Source: Dehalococcoidia bacterium
GTDB taxonomy: Bacteria > Chloroflexota > Dehalococcoidia > GIF9 > UBA5629
Reading direction: 5' to 3'
DNA: 62,293 nucleotides
Assembly (NCBI GenBank): GCA_016930155.1
Contig: JAFGHL010000074.1
Coordinates: forward strand, 1 to 62,293
Part shown: positions 1 through 9,564 of the stretch, one piece after another
How positions within the stretch are numbered: position 1 is the first letter of the stretch
How the letters are laid out: every line of letters begins with the position of its first letter
The notes under the pieces: model-generated
Seen by the model: only the letters and a program-made list of their open reading frames with translations
Databases searched by the model: none
What the model was told of the DNA's origin: nothing
Program-made: the position numbers and the translations under genes

Positions 1-146
1 CTTATAAGTTATTTGTGTTTATTACTTATATTTTGAGGTCTCTCTTACTTTTTTCAACTCCAACCGACAAAACTGTTACTGTATCTGCGCGTTCAATAGA
101 GATTGATGCATAGTGTAATTTATGCAGGGGGCACAATCACAGAACG

Positions 147-179
147 TCTATTGCGCAATAGATAGAGCTATGGTAGATT
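147..179 (+). promoter_or_regulatory. Putative sigma70 promoter (TTGCGC-17-TAGATT) overlapped by a perfect 16-bp palindrome
   Basis: TCTATTGCGCAATAGA at 147-162; -35-like hexamer 151-156, -10-like hexamer 174-179; AAGGAGG RBS before ATG 210. Confidence 0.4.
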
Positions 180-209
180 TAGCCTGTAACATGTTAAGGA
201 GGTAGTGTC

Positions 210-767
210 ATGGAAATGATGGCTAAATTCTGGTGGCTCAACCTCATACGGGGACTGCTGGCTCTGGCGCTGGGCATTATTCTGCTGGTAATGCCCGCTA
301 TCTTCTCAATCTTGCTGCTGGTGGCTTTCGTAGGCGCCTATTTTCTGGTCGACGGCATTTTCGCCCTCGTCTTCTTTTTCACCCATCCCAGGAGCAATCA
401 CAGGTGGTGGATCTTTGCAGAGGGGATAGCCGGTATATTGGCGGGAATTATAGTGTTTGTCTGGCCGGGTATGACGGCGGTGTTCCTGCTCTATTTCATT
501 GCATTCTGGGCGTTGATAACCGGCATATTTCAGATCATTTACGCTATCGCTCAATGGAAGACCCTGCCCGGCAAGGGATGGATTTTAACCGGGGGCATAC
601 TTTCCATCATCATAGGCTGCATCCTGCTGTCCAATCCCGTGGCCGGCGCGCTGGCGCTGATGTGGGTAATAGCCTTCTACCTGGTGCTGTTCGGCATGAT
701 GCTGATAATCTTCAGCTTCGTACAACTGGGAAAGGGCAAGTCGGCTGCTCCCGCAGCAACCGCCTGA
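210..767 (+). CDS. HdeD/DUF308 family membrane protein
   Basis: 185 aa, about six hydrophobic helices, WW..L.RG start and repeated G...I..G units; strong RBS. Confidence 0.85.
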   Translation: MEMMAKFWWLNLIRGLLALALGIILLVMPAIFSILLLVAFVGAYFLVDGIFALVFFFTHPRSNHRWWIFAEGIAGILAGIIVFVWPGMTAVFLLYFIAFWALITGIFQIIYAIAQWKTLPGKGWILTGGILSIIIGCILLSNPVAGALALMWVIAFYLVLFGMMLIIFSFVQLGKGKSAAPAATA

Positions 768-796
768 AGTTTTATTTCTACAGGAATTCATCTGCG

Positions 797-821
797 TGGT
801 GGGCCGGTCACCGGCCCACCA
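797..821. terminator. GC-rich hairpin (terminator or REP-like)
   Basis: TGGTGGGCCGGT-C-ACCGGCCCACCA downstream of the stop at 767. Confidence 0.55.
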
Positions 822-882
822 TTATATTAATGTCACCCGCTGCGGCCTTACTCAAGTGCTATAATTAGCCTGAGGATGCGAC

Positions 883-1914
883 ATGGGGGAGGCCCTGCTC
901 TACGACAAGCTGGATGAACAGCGGGTGCGTTGCAACGTCTGCCTGTGGCGTTGCCTGATCAATCCCGGCAAGTCGGGCGTATGCGGAGTCAGGCGGAACG
1001 AAAATGGATCTCTGCAACTGCTGAATTACGGCCTGGTATCCTCGCTGGCCGCCGATCCCATTGAGAAAAAGCCCCTTTTCCATTTTTTTCCCGGCAGCTC
1101 CGTGCTCTCGTTCGGCACGATCGGCTGCAATTTCCACTGCATCCATTGCCAGAACTGGGAGATCGCCTGCATCGAAGATCCCGGCACAGCCATGAAGGGC
1201 CTGCGGGAGATATCTCCCCAGGATGCCGTCAAGATAGCCGTTAAAAACGGCTGCGCAGGCCTTGCCTGGACCTATAACGAGCCAACCGTCTGGTTTGAAT
1301 ACACGCTGGATTCGGCCAGGATGGCCCACGAAAATGGCCTGTATTCGGTGTATGTAACCAACGGCTATATGACTCCGGAGGCCCTGGATATGCTCGGTCC
1401 CTATCTGGATGCCTGGCGCGTCGATATCAAGGGCTTCTCCGACAAACTCTATCGCGACCTGGCGAAGGTCGGGCACTGGCGAAAAATACTGGAAGTCGCC
1501 GAGAGGGCCAGGCATAAATGGAATATGCACGTGGAGGTCGTGACCAACGTCATACCGTCCATGAACGACGATGATAAGCAGCTCAAGGCGATAGCGGGCT
1601 GGATCCGGGAGGCGCTGGGTGAGCTTACGCCCTGGCATGTCACGCGCTTCCATCCCCATCGCCGGCTGTCTCATCTTCAGCCGACCGGGCTGGCGGTGCT
1701 GGAAAGAGCGCATGATATCGGGCGGGCGGCGGGCCTGCGCTTCGTCTATCTGGGTAATGTGCCGGGGCACGCATACGAGAACACGGTCTGCTATCAGTGC
1801 GGTGCGCTGGCAATTGAGCGCAGGGGATACTCAATCAGACTGAAAGCGGTCAAGGATTCCTGCTGCGCCGTCTGCGGGGCTGACCTGAATATCAGGACCA
1901 GTATAAGGGGGTGA
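883..1914 (+). CDS. amrS: AmmeMemoRadiSam system radical SAM enzyme
   Basis: CNFHCIHCQN radical SAM motif, DPIEKKPLFHF, YNEP; adjacent to MEMO1 and AMMECR1 genes. Confidence 0.93.
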   Translation: MGEALLYDKLDEQRVRCNVCLWRCLINPGKSGVCGVRRNENGSLQLLNYGLVSSLAADPIEKKPLFHFFPGSSVLSFGTIGCNFHCIHCQNWEIACIEDPGTAMKGLREISPQDAVKIAVKNGCAGLAWTYNEPTVWFEYTLDSARMAHENGLYSVYVTNGYMTPEALDMLGPYLDAWRVDIKGFSDKLYRDLAKVGHWRKILEVAERARHKWNMHVEVVTNVIPSMNDDDKQLKAIAGWIREALGELTPWHVTRFHPHRRLSHLQPTGLAVLERAHDIGRAAGLRFVYLGNVPGHAYENTVCYQCGALAIERRGYSIRLKAVKDSCCAVCGADLNIRTSIRG

Positions 1915-1918
1915 GAGA

Positions 1919-2725
1919 ATGACCAGGCAAGCTGCCGTGGCCGGCCAGTTCTACCCGGGCCGGCCGGGGGAACTGAGGGACATGATCGGTGAAATGACCG
2001 ATCCCAGTGCGGCGAGGAAAGAGGTCGTCGGTGTCGTATCGCCTCACGCAGGTTTTATATACTCCGGCCCCGTGGCGGGCGCGGTATTTTCGCGAATAAA
2101 ATTCACGAACACTTTTATTATCATCGGTCCGAACCATCGGGGACTGGGCAAACCGCTGAGCATAACTACGGGTGGCAGCTGGAGCACGCCGCTGGGTGAG
2201 GTCCCGATAGACTCCGGGCTGGCAAAGGGCATACTGGCCGCCTCGGAAGGGCTTGAAGAGGATACCCTGGCTCATCGCTATGAGCATTCTCTGGAGGTGC
2301 AGGTGCCGTTCCTGCAATATTTCAAGCCGGATGTGAAGTTAGTGCCCATCGTGCTGGCTCAGGCTGCGCCGCAGGTTTACCGGGGGATAGGACGCTCTAT
2401 AGCCGATACGCTTAAATCCAGGAAGGAGGCAGCGGTGATAGTGGCCAGCAGCGATATGACGCACTACGAGCCGCATGAGAGCGCGAAGGCCAAGGATAAG
2501 AAGGCTATTGAAGCTATTCTGAGTCTGGATGCGGACGAGCTTGTCAGGCGCATCGGCAAATATGATATCAGCATGTGCGGCTATGCCCCCGTCATCAGCC
2601 TGATTGCAGCGGCGCTCGAGATGGGCGCACACAAAGCGGAGCTGGTCAAATACCAGACCAGCGGCGATACTTCGGGGGACTATAGCAGTGTGGTGGGGTA
2701 CGCGGGAATAATAATCGGCAGATAA
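1919..2725 (+). CDS. amrB: AmmeMemoRadiSam system protein B (MEMO1 family)
   Basis: [44 protein letters not shown] motifs. Confidence 0.93.
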   Translation: MTRQAAVAGQFYPGRPGELRDMIGEMTDPSAARKEVVGVVSPHAGFIYSGPVAGAVFSRIKFTNTFIIIGPNHRGLGKPLSITTGGSWSTPLGEVPIDSGLAKGILAASEGLEEDTLAHRYEHSLEVQVPFLQYFKPDVKLVPIVLAQAAPQVYRGIGRSIADTLKSRKEAAVIVASSDMTHYEPHESAKAKDKKAIEAILSLDADELVRRIGKYDISMCGYAPVISLIAAALEMGAHKAELVKYQTSGDTSGDYSSVVGYAGIIIGR

Positions 2726-2735
2726 GAGGTATAAA

Positions 2736-3251
2736 ATGAAGCAAGAGATGCATCCGTTGGCAAAGCTGGCCAGAAAGGCAGTGGAGGATTACGTCAACGG
2801 CCGCCGCATGGTGGAGCCGGATGAGCTTGCTCCCGAAATGAAGGAGCGGGCCGGTGTGTTCGTCTCGCTCAAGAAGCGAGGCCAGTTGCGCGGCTGCATC
2901 GGCACTTTCGAGCCGACTCAGCCCAGCGTGGCGCAGGAGATAATTCAGAATGCCATCTCTTCGGCGACCGGGGACCCTCGCTTCAGTCCGGTCAGGCCTG
3001 ACGAATTAAAGGATATTGAATACAGTGTCGATGTGCTGACTTCTCCCCAGCCGGTGGAAGATAAGGCGCAGCTGGATGCGAAGAAGTACGGCGTAATAGT
3101 CGAGGCCGGGCGCCGCCGCGGCCTGCTGCTGCCCGACCTCGAAGGTGTGGACAGCGTGGATATGCAGATAGACATCTGCCGACAGAAGGCCGGCATATCC
3201 CCGGCGGAGCCGGTCAAACTCTATCGTTTCCAGGTCAGACGATACAGGTAA
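2736..3251 (+). CDS. amrA: AmmeMemoRadiSam system protein A (AMMECR1 family)
   Basis: GVFVSL, LRGCIGT, DPRF, GLLLP motifs. Confidence 0.93.
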   Translation: MKQEMHPLAKLARKAVEDYVNGRRMVEPDELAPEMKERAGVFVSLKKRGQLRGCIGTFEPTQPSVAQEIIQNAISSATGDPRFSPVRPDELKDIEYSVDVLTSPQPVEDKAQLDAKKYGVIVEAGRRRGLLLPDLEGVDSVDMQIDICRQKAGISPAEPVKLYRFQVRRYR

Positions 3252-3301
3252 CAAAGCGGTTGCCATACCCGCAGCTATCTGTTAAGGTATATATCAGAAA
3301 T

Positions 3302-4411
3302 ATGAAGCTGGTTGTAATAGGTATCGGAGATTGCGGCTGCAATATAGCCGCGGAGTTCGTCAGGCTGGGCCAGCGTGCCAGGGCGGAGACCGGCGTGGAT
3401 GTGATAGTGAGGTCATACGCCATTAATGACGATGTGGCCGGATTGTCGGCACTGCGCAAGGTGGGGGATAAGCTGCTTACCATTCAGGTGCCTGCCGCAG
3501 CCGCTGCGGGCAGGGAAACCGAGGTGGGGGCGGAGTTGATGCGCGCCAACGGCGACCGCATTATAGCCACCATGCGCGCGGGTGAATTTTTCGAAACCGA
3601 CGCATTCATGCTGGTGGCCTCCAGCGCGGGCTGTGTGGGCTCAGGCGGCATATCGATTCTGGCCAGGAAGCTGAAGGAACGCTATGTCAATAAACCCGTC
3701 TATGCATTGATCGTTTTGCCGTCGACCGCCGAGGGCAACGTGCCTTCCGGCGTATACAATACAGCGCTCTGCCTGAAGTCCATCGATAAAGCAGCCGACG
3801 CGGTTTTCCTTTTCGACAACGAGAAGGTCATGTCCGAGGCCAGCGTGAAGTCGGCCGCGGGCAACGACGCTCTCAACAGGGAGATCGTATCGCCCTTCTT
3901 CGACCTGCTGCGCGCCAGCGAGAAGGTGGACCCCAGATTCCTGGGCACCAGCAACATCGGCATCGGCGACATCATCCAATCGCTCAACGGCTGGAGCGCC
4001 ATCGGCTACGGCCGGGCGCAGATCTCGCCGGCGGGGTTGACTCTTTTCAGGCGGGGAGACCACTTCGAGAGCAAGGGCGAGGAGACAATCAAGGCCATGG
4101 AGGCCCTCAGCTCCGCCCTCAGCCACTTCTCGATACAGTGCAGGCTGGAGGATGCCCGCAAGGCATTGTATCTACTGTGTGTGCCCGGCAAGAACGCCAA
4201 CATTAATATGACGCGCTCGGTGGGCAATCGTATGCGCGAATTGACCAATAACGGAGAGGTACGGGGAGGCGACTTTTACGGCGTGAAGGACCATGCGGCG
4301 GTGACTTTAATAGCCTCGCGCATCACGTACCTTGATAAGGTCAAAGACTATTACGAGAGGGCCTCGGCGCAAGTCGAGGAACTCAAGAAGAAAGAGACGC
4401 AGGAGCCATGA
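3302..4411 (+). CDS. Tubulin/FtsZ superfamily protein, CetZ-like, with degenerate GTP-binding motifs
   Basis: MKLVVIGIGDCGCNIA N-terminus, DAFMLVASSAGCVGSGG in place of GGGTGSG, KPVYALIVLP, LFDN; ATG 3302 preferred over TTG 3260. Confidence 0.8.
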   Translation: MKLVVIGIGDCGCNIAAEFVRLGQRARAETGVDVIVRSYAINDDVAGLSALRKVGDKLLTIQVPAAAAAGRETEVGAELMRANGDRIIATMRAGEFFETDAFMLVASSAGCVGSGGISILARKLKERYVNKPVYALIVLPSTAEGNVPSGVYNTALCLKSIDKAADAVFLFDNEKVMSEASVKSAAGNDALNREIVSPFFDLLRASEKVDPRFLGTSNIGIGDIIQSLNGWSAIGYGRAQISPAGLTLFRRGDHFESKGEETIKAMEALSSALSHFSIQCRLEDARKALYLLCVPGKNANINMTRSVGNRMRELTNNGEVRGGDFYGVKDHAAVTLIASRITYLDKVKDYYERASAQVEELKKKETQEP

Positions 4412-5784
4412 CCCTCTTCGACCTCGGCTCGCCCGGCCTGAAGGGGGATAAAGGCGCCGGGCCGGAGCAGGGTTCACTTTCAAATGATTCCATGCCGCTG
4501 GCTGCGCGCATGCGACCTCGCAATTTCGCAGAGTACGTGGGTCAGCAGCACATCATCGGCGAGGGGAAGGTCTTGCGACGGGCCATAGAATCGGACCAGC
4601 TCCCATCCATCATATTATGGGGTCCGCCCGGCAGCGGCAAGACCACGCTGGCCCAGGTAATAGCCAATGTATCCAGCTCATTTTTCGTCCCTATGAGCGC
4701 CGTGACCGCGGGTGTGGCCGACCTCAGGCGGGTCATCGACGAGGCCAGACGCAGGCGCAGACAGACGGGACAGCGCACGATACTCTTTATTGACGAGATA
4801 CACCGCTTCAACAAAGGCCAGCAGGACGCCGTCCTGCCCTACGTTGAGAACGGCGAGGTCACCTTTATCGGCGCCACCACTGAAAACCCGTCGTTCGAAG
4901 TTATTTCGGCGCTGCTCTCGCGCTGCCGTGTTTACACGCTCAATGCGTTGTCCGATGAGGAGATCGACACCATCGTACAAAGGGCGCTTGCGGATGACGA
5001 GAACGGGCTGGCCGGGCTCGAGATAAAGCTTGCCGATGACGCCCGCCGGACGCTGGTCACCATGGCCAACGGCGATGCGCGTGTCGCCCTCAATGCCCTT
5101 GAGATGGCCGGGCAGGCGGTCAAGCCCGGCGCGGACGGGCAGCGTAATGTGGAGCTGAAGGATATCGAGGAGTCCCTGCAGAAGCGCGCCCTGCTGTATG
5201 ACAAGGCCGGGGAGCAGCACTATGACCTTATATCGGCGCTGCATAAGACATTGCGCGGATCGGATCCCGACGCGGCTTTATACTGGCTGGGACGCATGCT
5301 GGAGGCGGGGGAGGACCCGCTCTACATCGTGCGGCGGCTAATACGCTTCGCCTCGGAGGATGTGGGCATGGCCGATCCCCAGGCGCTGGTCGTCTGCGTG
5401 GCGGCCCAGCAGGCCGTGCACTTCATAGGATTGCCTGAAGGCAACCTGGCGCTGGCCCAGGCAGTGGTCTATCTGGCCACCGCGCCTAAAAGCAATTCCC
5501 TCTACACGGCATATGGACGGGTGCAGAAGGACGTGGAGACAACGCGTAACGATCCCGTGCCGCTGCACCTGCGCAACGCCCCCACCGGCCTGATGAAGAA
5601 CCTGGGCTACGGCAAGGGCTACAAGTACGCCCATGAGTATGAGGGGCATTTCGTGGAGCAGCAGAACCTGCCGGACTCCATGAAGGGCAAGCGGTTTTAT
5701 TTTCCCTCGGAGCAGGGGTTTGAGAAGACTATTCTGGCCAGGCTTAAAATATGGTGGGGGGCGAGGATGGAGAAGAAAGAGTGA
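4408..5784 (+). CDS. rarA: Replication-associated recombination protein A (MgsA/RarA AAA+ ATPase)
   Basis: PLAARMRP, GPPGSGKTT, DEIHRFNK.QQD, GATTENPSF, ISALHK..RGSD, PKSN. Confidence 0.95.
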   Translation: MTLFDLGSPGLKGDKGAGPEQGSLSNDSMPLAARMRPRNFAEYVGQQHIIGEGKVLRRAIESDQLPSIILWGPPGSGKTTLAQVIANVSSSFFVPMSAVTAGVADLRRVIDEARRRRRQTGQRTILFIDEIHRFNKGQQDAVLPYVENGEVTFIGATTENPSFEVISALLSRCRVYTLNALSDEEIDTIVQRALADDENGLAGLEIKLADDARRTLVTMANGDARVALNALEMAGQAVKPGADGQRNVELKDIEESLQKRALLYDKAGEQHYDLISALHKTLRGSDPDAALYWLGRMLEAGEDPLYIVRRLIRFASEDVGMADPQALVVCVAAQQAVHFIGLPEGNLALAQAVVYLATAPKSNSLYTAYGRVQKDVETTRNDPVPLHLRNAPTGLMKNLGYGKGYKYAHEYEGHFVEQQNLPDSMKGKRFYFPSEQGFEKTILARLKIWWGARMEKKE

Positions 5785-6416
5785 AGCCGCAACAGATCGT
5801 CTTCCCCTGCGGCGAGATCAAACTGGAGGGGCTTTTTTACAGCGTCGAGGCCAGTGGTTCGGCGCCGGCGGTCGTTGTCTGCCATCCTCATCCTCTTTAC
5901 GGCGGCACGATGCATAATAACGTTACCTACGCCATCGCCGATGCTCTTGTGAAATCTGGCATCACTGCGCTGCTGTTTAATTTCAGGGGTGTAGGCAGGA
6001 GCCAGGGCAGCTATGGCGGGGGAATCGAGGAGCAGCAGGATGTAAAGGCTGCGCTGGACTGGCTGGGATCGGCGAAGGGCGTGGATGGAGACAGGCTGGG
6101 CCTGGCCGGTTACTCATTCGGCGCCGGAGTGGCTTTCCCGGTCGGCTGTGGCGACGCCAGGGTGAAGGCTATAGCGCTGGTGTCCCCCTACTTCGAGAGC
6201 TCACCTGTTTCGTTATTCAAAGGCTGTCTGAAGCCCAAGCTTTTAATGGGCGGCAGCCAGGATGACATGGTGCCGCCCGGGGACGTCGAAGCGTATGGGA
6301 GAGAGGCAGCGGAGCCTGGAAAGTGCGAGATTATCAAAGGACCCGACCATTTCTGGGGAGGCTATGAAGGGGCCATGGCCGAGAAGGTCGCGGGCTTTTT
6401 CAAAGATAATCTGTAG
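5781..6416 (+). CDS. Alpha/beta hydrolase family protein
   Basis: HPHPLYGGTM, FNFRGVG, GYSFG nucleophile elbow, DHF; GTG start overlaps the rarA TGA. Confidence 0.85.
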   Translation: MKPQQIVFPCGEIKLEGLFYSVEASGSAPAVVVCHPHPLYGGTMHNNVTYAIADALVKSGITALLFNFRGVGRSQGSYGGGIEEQQDVKAALDWLGSAKGVDGDRLGLAGYSFGAGVAFPVGCGDARVKAIALVSPYFESSPVSLFKGCLKPKLLMGGSQDDMVPPGDVEAYGREAAEPGKCEIIKGPDHFWGGYEGAMAEKVAGFFKDNL

Positions 6417-6482
6417 GGGCGGGTTTTCAAACCCGCCCGAATAGGGCGCAGCTAAAGCAACGCCCCTACTGTGCGTCCCTAC
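6413..6482. repeat. GTAG-type REP-like palindromic element plus adjacent half-element
   Basis: GTAGGGGCGGGTTTTCAAACCCGCCC...GGGCGCAGCTAAAGCAACGCCCCTAC (6413-6469), then GCGTCCCTAC (6473-6482); near-identical copy at 59230-59287. Confidence 0.85.
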
Positions 6483-7798
6483 TGTATATATCCTTTGCTC
6501 TGCATATATCTTATACTGGCCCGGGCATCTTCGACCTGCTGGGCATCTTGGGACAGCTCGATTACCTTCTCCAGGTCGGCTGCCAGCAGGGTATAGTAAC
6601 CCGGATTCTTGGTCTGCTGGGCCAGTATGTCATAAGCTGCGGCGCGATTGATATAGTTTTCGGGGATGGTAGGATCGATTTCAATCGCTTTGTTTATTGA
6701 TGCAAGCCCGTTTTCGATATCGGCATTTGTTACAAGTATTTCGCCCAGTGTCCCATGTTTAAGGGCTGATTGAGGGTCGAGTTCAACCGCTTTTTGAGCG
6801 TCCTCCACCGCATCGTTGAGCAATTGCTTGCCACGTTTGGAGATCGCTCTTTCCAGATACATGCTGGACAGGTCGACATGGAACGGGTCCCCCGTTATTA
6901 CGGGAGCATTCGAACTTGATGCCAGCGCCAGGGCGCGGTTCAGGTCATCTATGGCTTTGTCATAATCCTGGTTGGCGTTATTCAGATTGCCTCTGTATAA
7001 ATAGGCCATCGGGTCACTGTCATCCAGCTCAACGGCCTTATTCAAATCCGATATGGCATTCTGCGGATCCTTAAGGACTATATAGACAAGCCCGCGCATC
7101 TTGTAAGCCTCGGCCATATCGGGATCGAGTTCCATAGCCATGTTGAAATCGGTTATGGCCTGTGAGAAACTGGCGTCGTTTACATTCACCTTGCCTCGGT
7201 AATTGTAAGCCGGGGCCAGGTTGGGGTTGATGGCCAGCGCAGCATCCATGTCGGCCAGCGCGTTCTTCATATCGCCTCTGGCATAGTAGGCTACGCCGCG
7301 ATTGTAATAGGCGTCGTACAATTTGGGGTTAAGATCAATAGCCTTGCCGGCAGATTCTATAGCCTTATCCCACTGGTGGTTTTGCACATACAGCCAGCTC
7401 AAATTGGTGAAGGCCATGACGGCCCTGGGATCGAGTAAAACGGTCTTATCCAGGTCGGCGATGGCCTGCTCGTATTTCTCTTTGGCCAGGTAGGCGAAAG
7501 CGCGATTCTGGTAGTTATCCGCCCGGCTGGGATCGAGTTGTATAGCCTTGCTCAGGTCGGCGATAGCCAGGTCCCATTCCGCCCTGGCGTTGTAGACGGC
7601 GCCGCGGTGCGTATAGGCGGCTACAAGGTTGGGATTGCTTTCTATGGCTTTAGTATATTCAGCGATGGCCTCCACGAACTGGCCCCGGTCGTAGTATGTA
7701 TCCCCCTGATTGAGGTATTCAGCGCTTTGATCGCCGCAGGACATAAGCACCAGGGAGGCTGCAATAATCAGAGCTATCAGGCTTCCAATTCTACTCAT
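6479..7798 (-). CDS. Tetratricopeptide repeat lipoprotein
   Basis: Signal peptide with lipobox LMSC; many TPR units (AY..RG..Y...A..D...A..L.P). Confidence 0.88.
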   Translation of the reverse strand: MSRIGSLIALIIAASLVLMSCGDQSAEYLNQGDTYYDRGQFVEAIAEYTKAIESNPNLVAAYTHRGAVYNARAEWDLAIADLSKAIQLDPSRADNYQNRAFAYLAKEKYEQAIADLDKTVLLDPRAVMAFTNLSWLYVQNHQWDKAIESAGKAIDLNPKLYDAYYNRGVAYYARGDMKNALADMDAALAINPNLAPAYNYRGKVNVNDASFSQAITDFNMAMELDPDMAEAYKMRGLVYIVLKDPQNAISDLNKAVELDDSDPMAYLYRGNLNNANQDYDKAIDDLNRALALASSSNAPVITGDPFHVDLSSMYLERAISKRGKQLLNDAVEDAQKAVELDPQSALKHGTLGEILVTNADIENGLASINKAIEIDPTIPENYINRAAAYDILAQQTKNPGYYTLLAADLEKVIELSQDAQQVEDARASIRYMQSKGYIQ

Positions 7799-7928
7799 AG
7801 GGTAGACACCTTCCTGTTAATAAACTTCGCAGTGTTGCGCCGGGGATACGCCGGCCTCCAGGGCAGGCGCGCATAATTTATATAGCATAGCAAATTATTG
7901 CTTTCATTGGGAAAAACGATCGGAGCAA

Positions 7929-8492
7929 CTATACGATGGGCAGCTTTTTGGAGGCGACAAGATCATCGATCCGCCGCCGGAGCTCTTCCAGCGTACCTGA
8001 ATTGTCTATTTTATAGTCCGCCATGGCCTCCGCTTTGTTGATCTGGAATTCCTGCTCCTCGTTCCTGTCCTGCTCCTGGAAAGCCGCGAGGGTCGGGGGG
8101 TCGCGCCGCTCGCCGCGCAGCCTTACACGCTCAAAGCGTATAGCGGGATCCTTGATATCCACCCTGACCAGTATAAAACCGTCGCCGAACATCTCCTTCA
8201 TGACGGCCACATCGTCCGGCGATCTCACGCCGCTGATACCTGCTACCTTCCAGCCCCGTTTCTGTATCTCCTGGCCTGCCATGCGAACAAAACAGCCCCT
8301 GCCCATCTCGGTAAAGCAGCGCTTTGAAATGGCGGAGAGGTTCTCGCGGGTACCCTCCAGGCCTTCTTCTCTGGCTATTTGCCGCACCATATCGCCTGTG
8401 GAGATATAGGGCACACCGTACCTGTTGCGCAGGTACTTGAGCACCTCGTCCTTACCCGAGCCGATATCGCCCACAACACCTATGACTTTCAT
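7929..8492 (-). CDS. Dephospho-CoA kinase-like / nucleoside monophosphate kinase family P-loop protein
   Basis: VIGVVGDIGSGKD P-loop, STGDMVR, ADYKIDNSGT. Confidence 0.7.
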   Translation of the reverse strand: MKVIGVVGDIGSGKDEVLKYLRNRYGVPYISTGDMVRQIAREEGLEGTRENLSAISKRCFTEMGRGCFVRMAGQEIQKRGWKVAGISGVRSPDDVAVMKEMFGDGFILVRVDIKDPAIRFERVRLRGERRDPPTLAAFQEQDRNEEQEFQINKAEAMADYKIDNSGTLEELRRRIDDLVASKKLPIV

Positions 8493-8669
8493 CTGAAGCT
8501 TATATTAACATGCGGTAGGGGTTTAGTGGTAGCGGAAAGCTTTCTGATTTTTCACGACGTTATTAATTTGTGTATGTGCCATGGGCGGGGGCTTTGCGAA
8601 CGTCCTTCCAATATAAATTTTTACAACACACATAAATTGCATAACCTAGTATATACTTACATATATAAC

Positions 8670-8698
8670 TTGACATTAGCATATTTAGGGTGTATAGT
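8670..8698 (+). promoter_or_regulatory. Sigma70 promoter of island HTH gene
   Basis: TTGACA 8670-8675, 17-bp spacer, TATAGT 8693-8698. Confidence 0.65.
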
Positions 8699-8728
8699 GG
8701 AGATATAATATTTCAAAGAGGTATTAAA

Positions 8729-9406
8729 ATGGACGAATTTAATCTTCCTAATGTATTAACGCCAGATGAAATAGCAAGTTATCTTAAAGTGGATGTTAAG
8801 ATGGTATTGAAGGAGATGGAGATTGGAAATTTGCGTGGATTTAAAATAGGTCTTGAATGGCGTTCCACTGACACTGACATACTGCAATATATTAATAGCA
8901 TGCAAGACTCGATCATGAGATCCAAATCTCCCTCGGGGCGCCAGATTAATAGGGAAGATAGAACTGATTTTGTCGAAATTGGTGCTTTTGATTATCAATG
9001 GCCAAAGTCAAAAGAGCATTTTGAGAAAGGATACGAAGCCACAAAATTGATCGGAAGTCGCAGTTACACTTTCAAAATCGGCTTTACTGATCGTGAAGCG
9101 GCTGGGAGGATGCGGAGGCGAATTGTAGTATGGAGAGACAATTGGCCTTTGGTTGAATTCGCCGGCGGCGATACCTATGAATCGGATGGCTTACTTGCCA
9201 GCATAGTAAAACTCAAAAACGGAAAACAGCTCCGTCCATCTGAAAAAATACCAGAAGAATATAATGGCTTTCGCACTGCAAGATATAATTCCATAATACA
9301 AGGTCCATATGCCAGTCGTAATATGGCAATTGTCGTAGCTTCAGATGATTTGGAATCTATGCTACGTCATGCGATTATACGCGGGAGGCAAAAAAATCTC
9401 ATTTAA
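8729..9406 (+). CDS. Excisionase-type helix-turn-helix protein with unknown C-terminal domain
   Basis: LTPDEIASYLKV...GNLRGFKIGLEWR matches the HTH_17/Xis pattern; GAGGT RBS before ATG 8729. Confidence 0.7.
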   Translation: MDEFNLPNVLTPDEIASYLKVDVKMVLKEMEIGNLRGFKIGLEWRSTDTDILQYINSMQDSIMRSKSPSGRQINREDRTDFVEIGAFDYQWPKSKEHFEKGYEATKLIGSRSYTFKIGFTDREAAGRMRRRIVVWRDNWPLVEFAGGDTYESDGLLASIVKLKNGKQLRPSEKIPEEYNGFRTARYNSIIQGPYASRNMAIVVASDDLESMLRHAIIRGRQKNLI

Positions 9407-9444
9407 TTGCTATTCGAGATAATAGCGGATATGATAAAAATTAG

Positions 9445-9463
9445 TTTATGCGATACGCATAAA
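9445..9463. promoter_or_regulatory. Inverted repeat, candidate operator upstream of GHKL ATPase
   Basis: TTTATGCG-ATA-CGCATAAA. Confidence 0.4.
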
Positions 9464-9564
9464 TGAACAGATAGATATTTATATGATTATTTATAATGTG
9501 CATTAGTGTCGAAGAAAAGGAATTACAAGTTCATCTTATAAAGCTGCGATAAGGGGAGGTTAAA

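Noticed and set aside
6414-6481. TAG plus hairpin as a pyrrolysine or readthrough signal
   Set aside because: Proteins are complete at these stops and the hairpins belong to the repeat family; no pyl genes in the window
8493-8700. tRNA or att site at the left edge of the AT-rich island
   Set aside because: No cloverleaf or T-loop motif seen; no flanking direct repeat or integrase found
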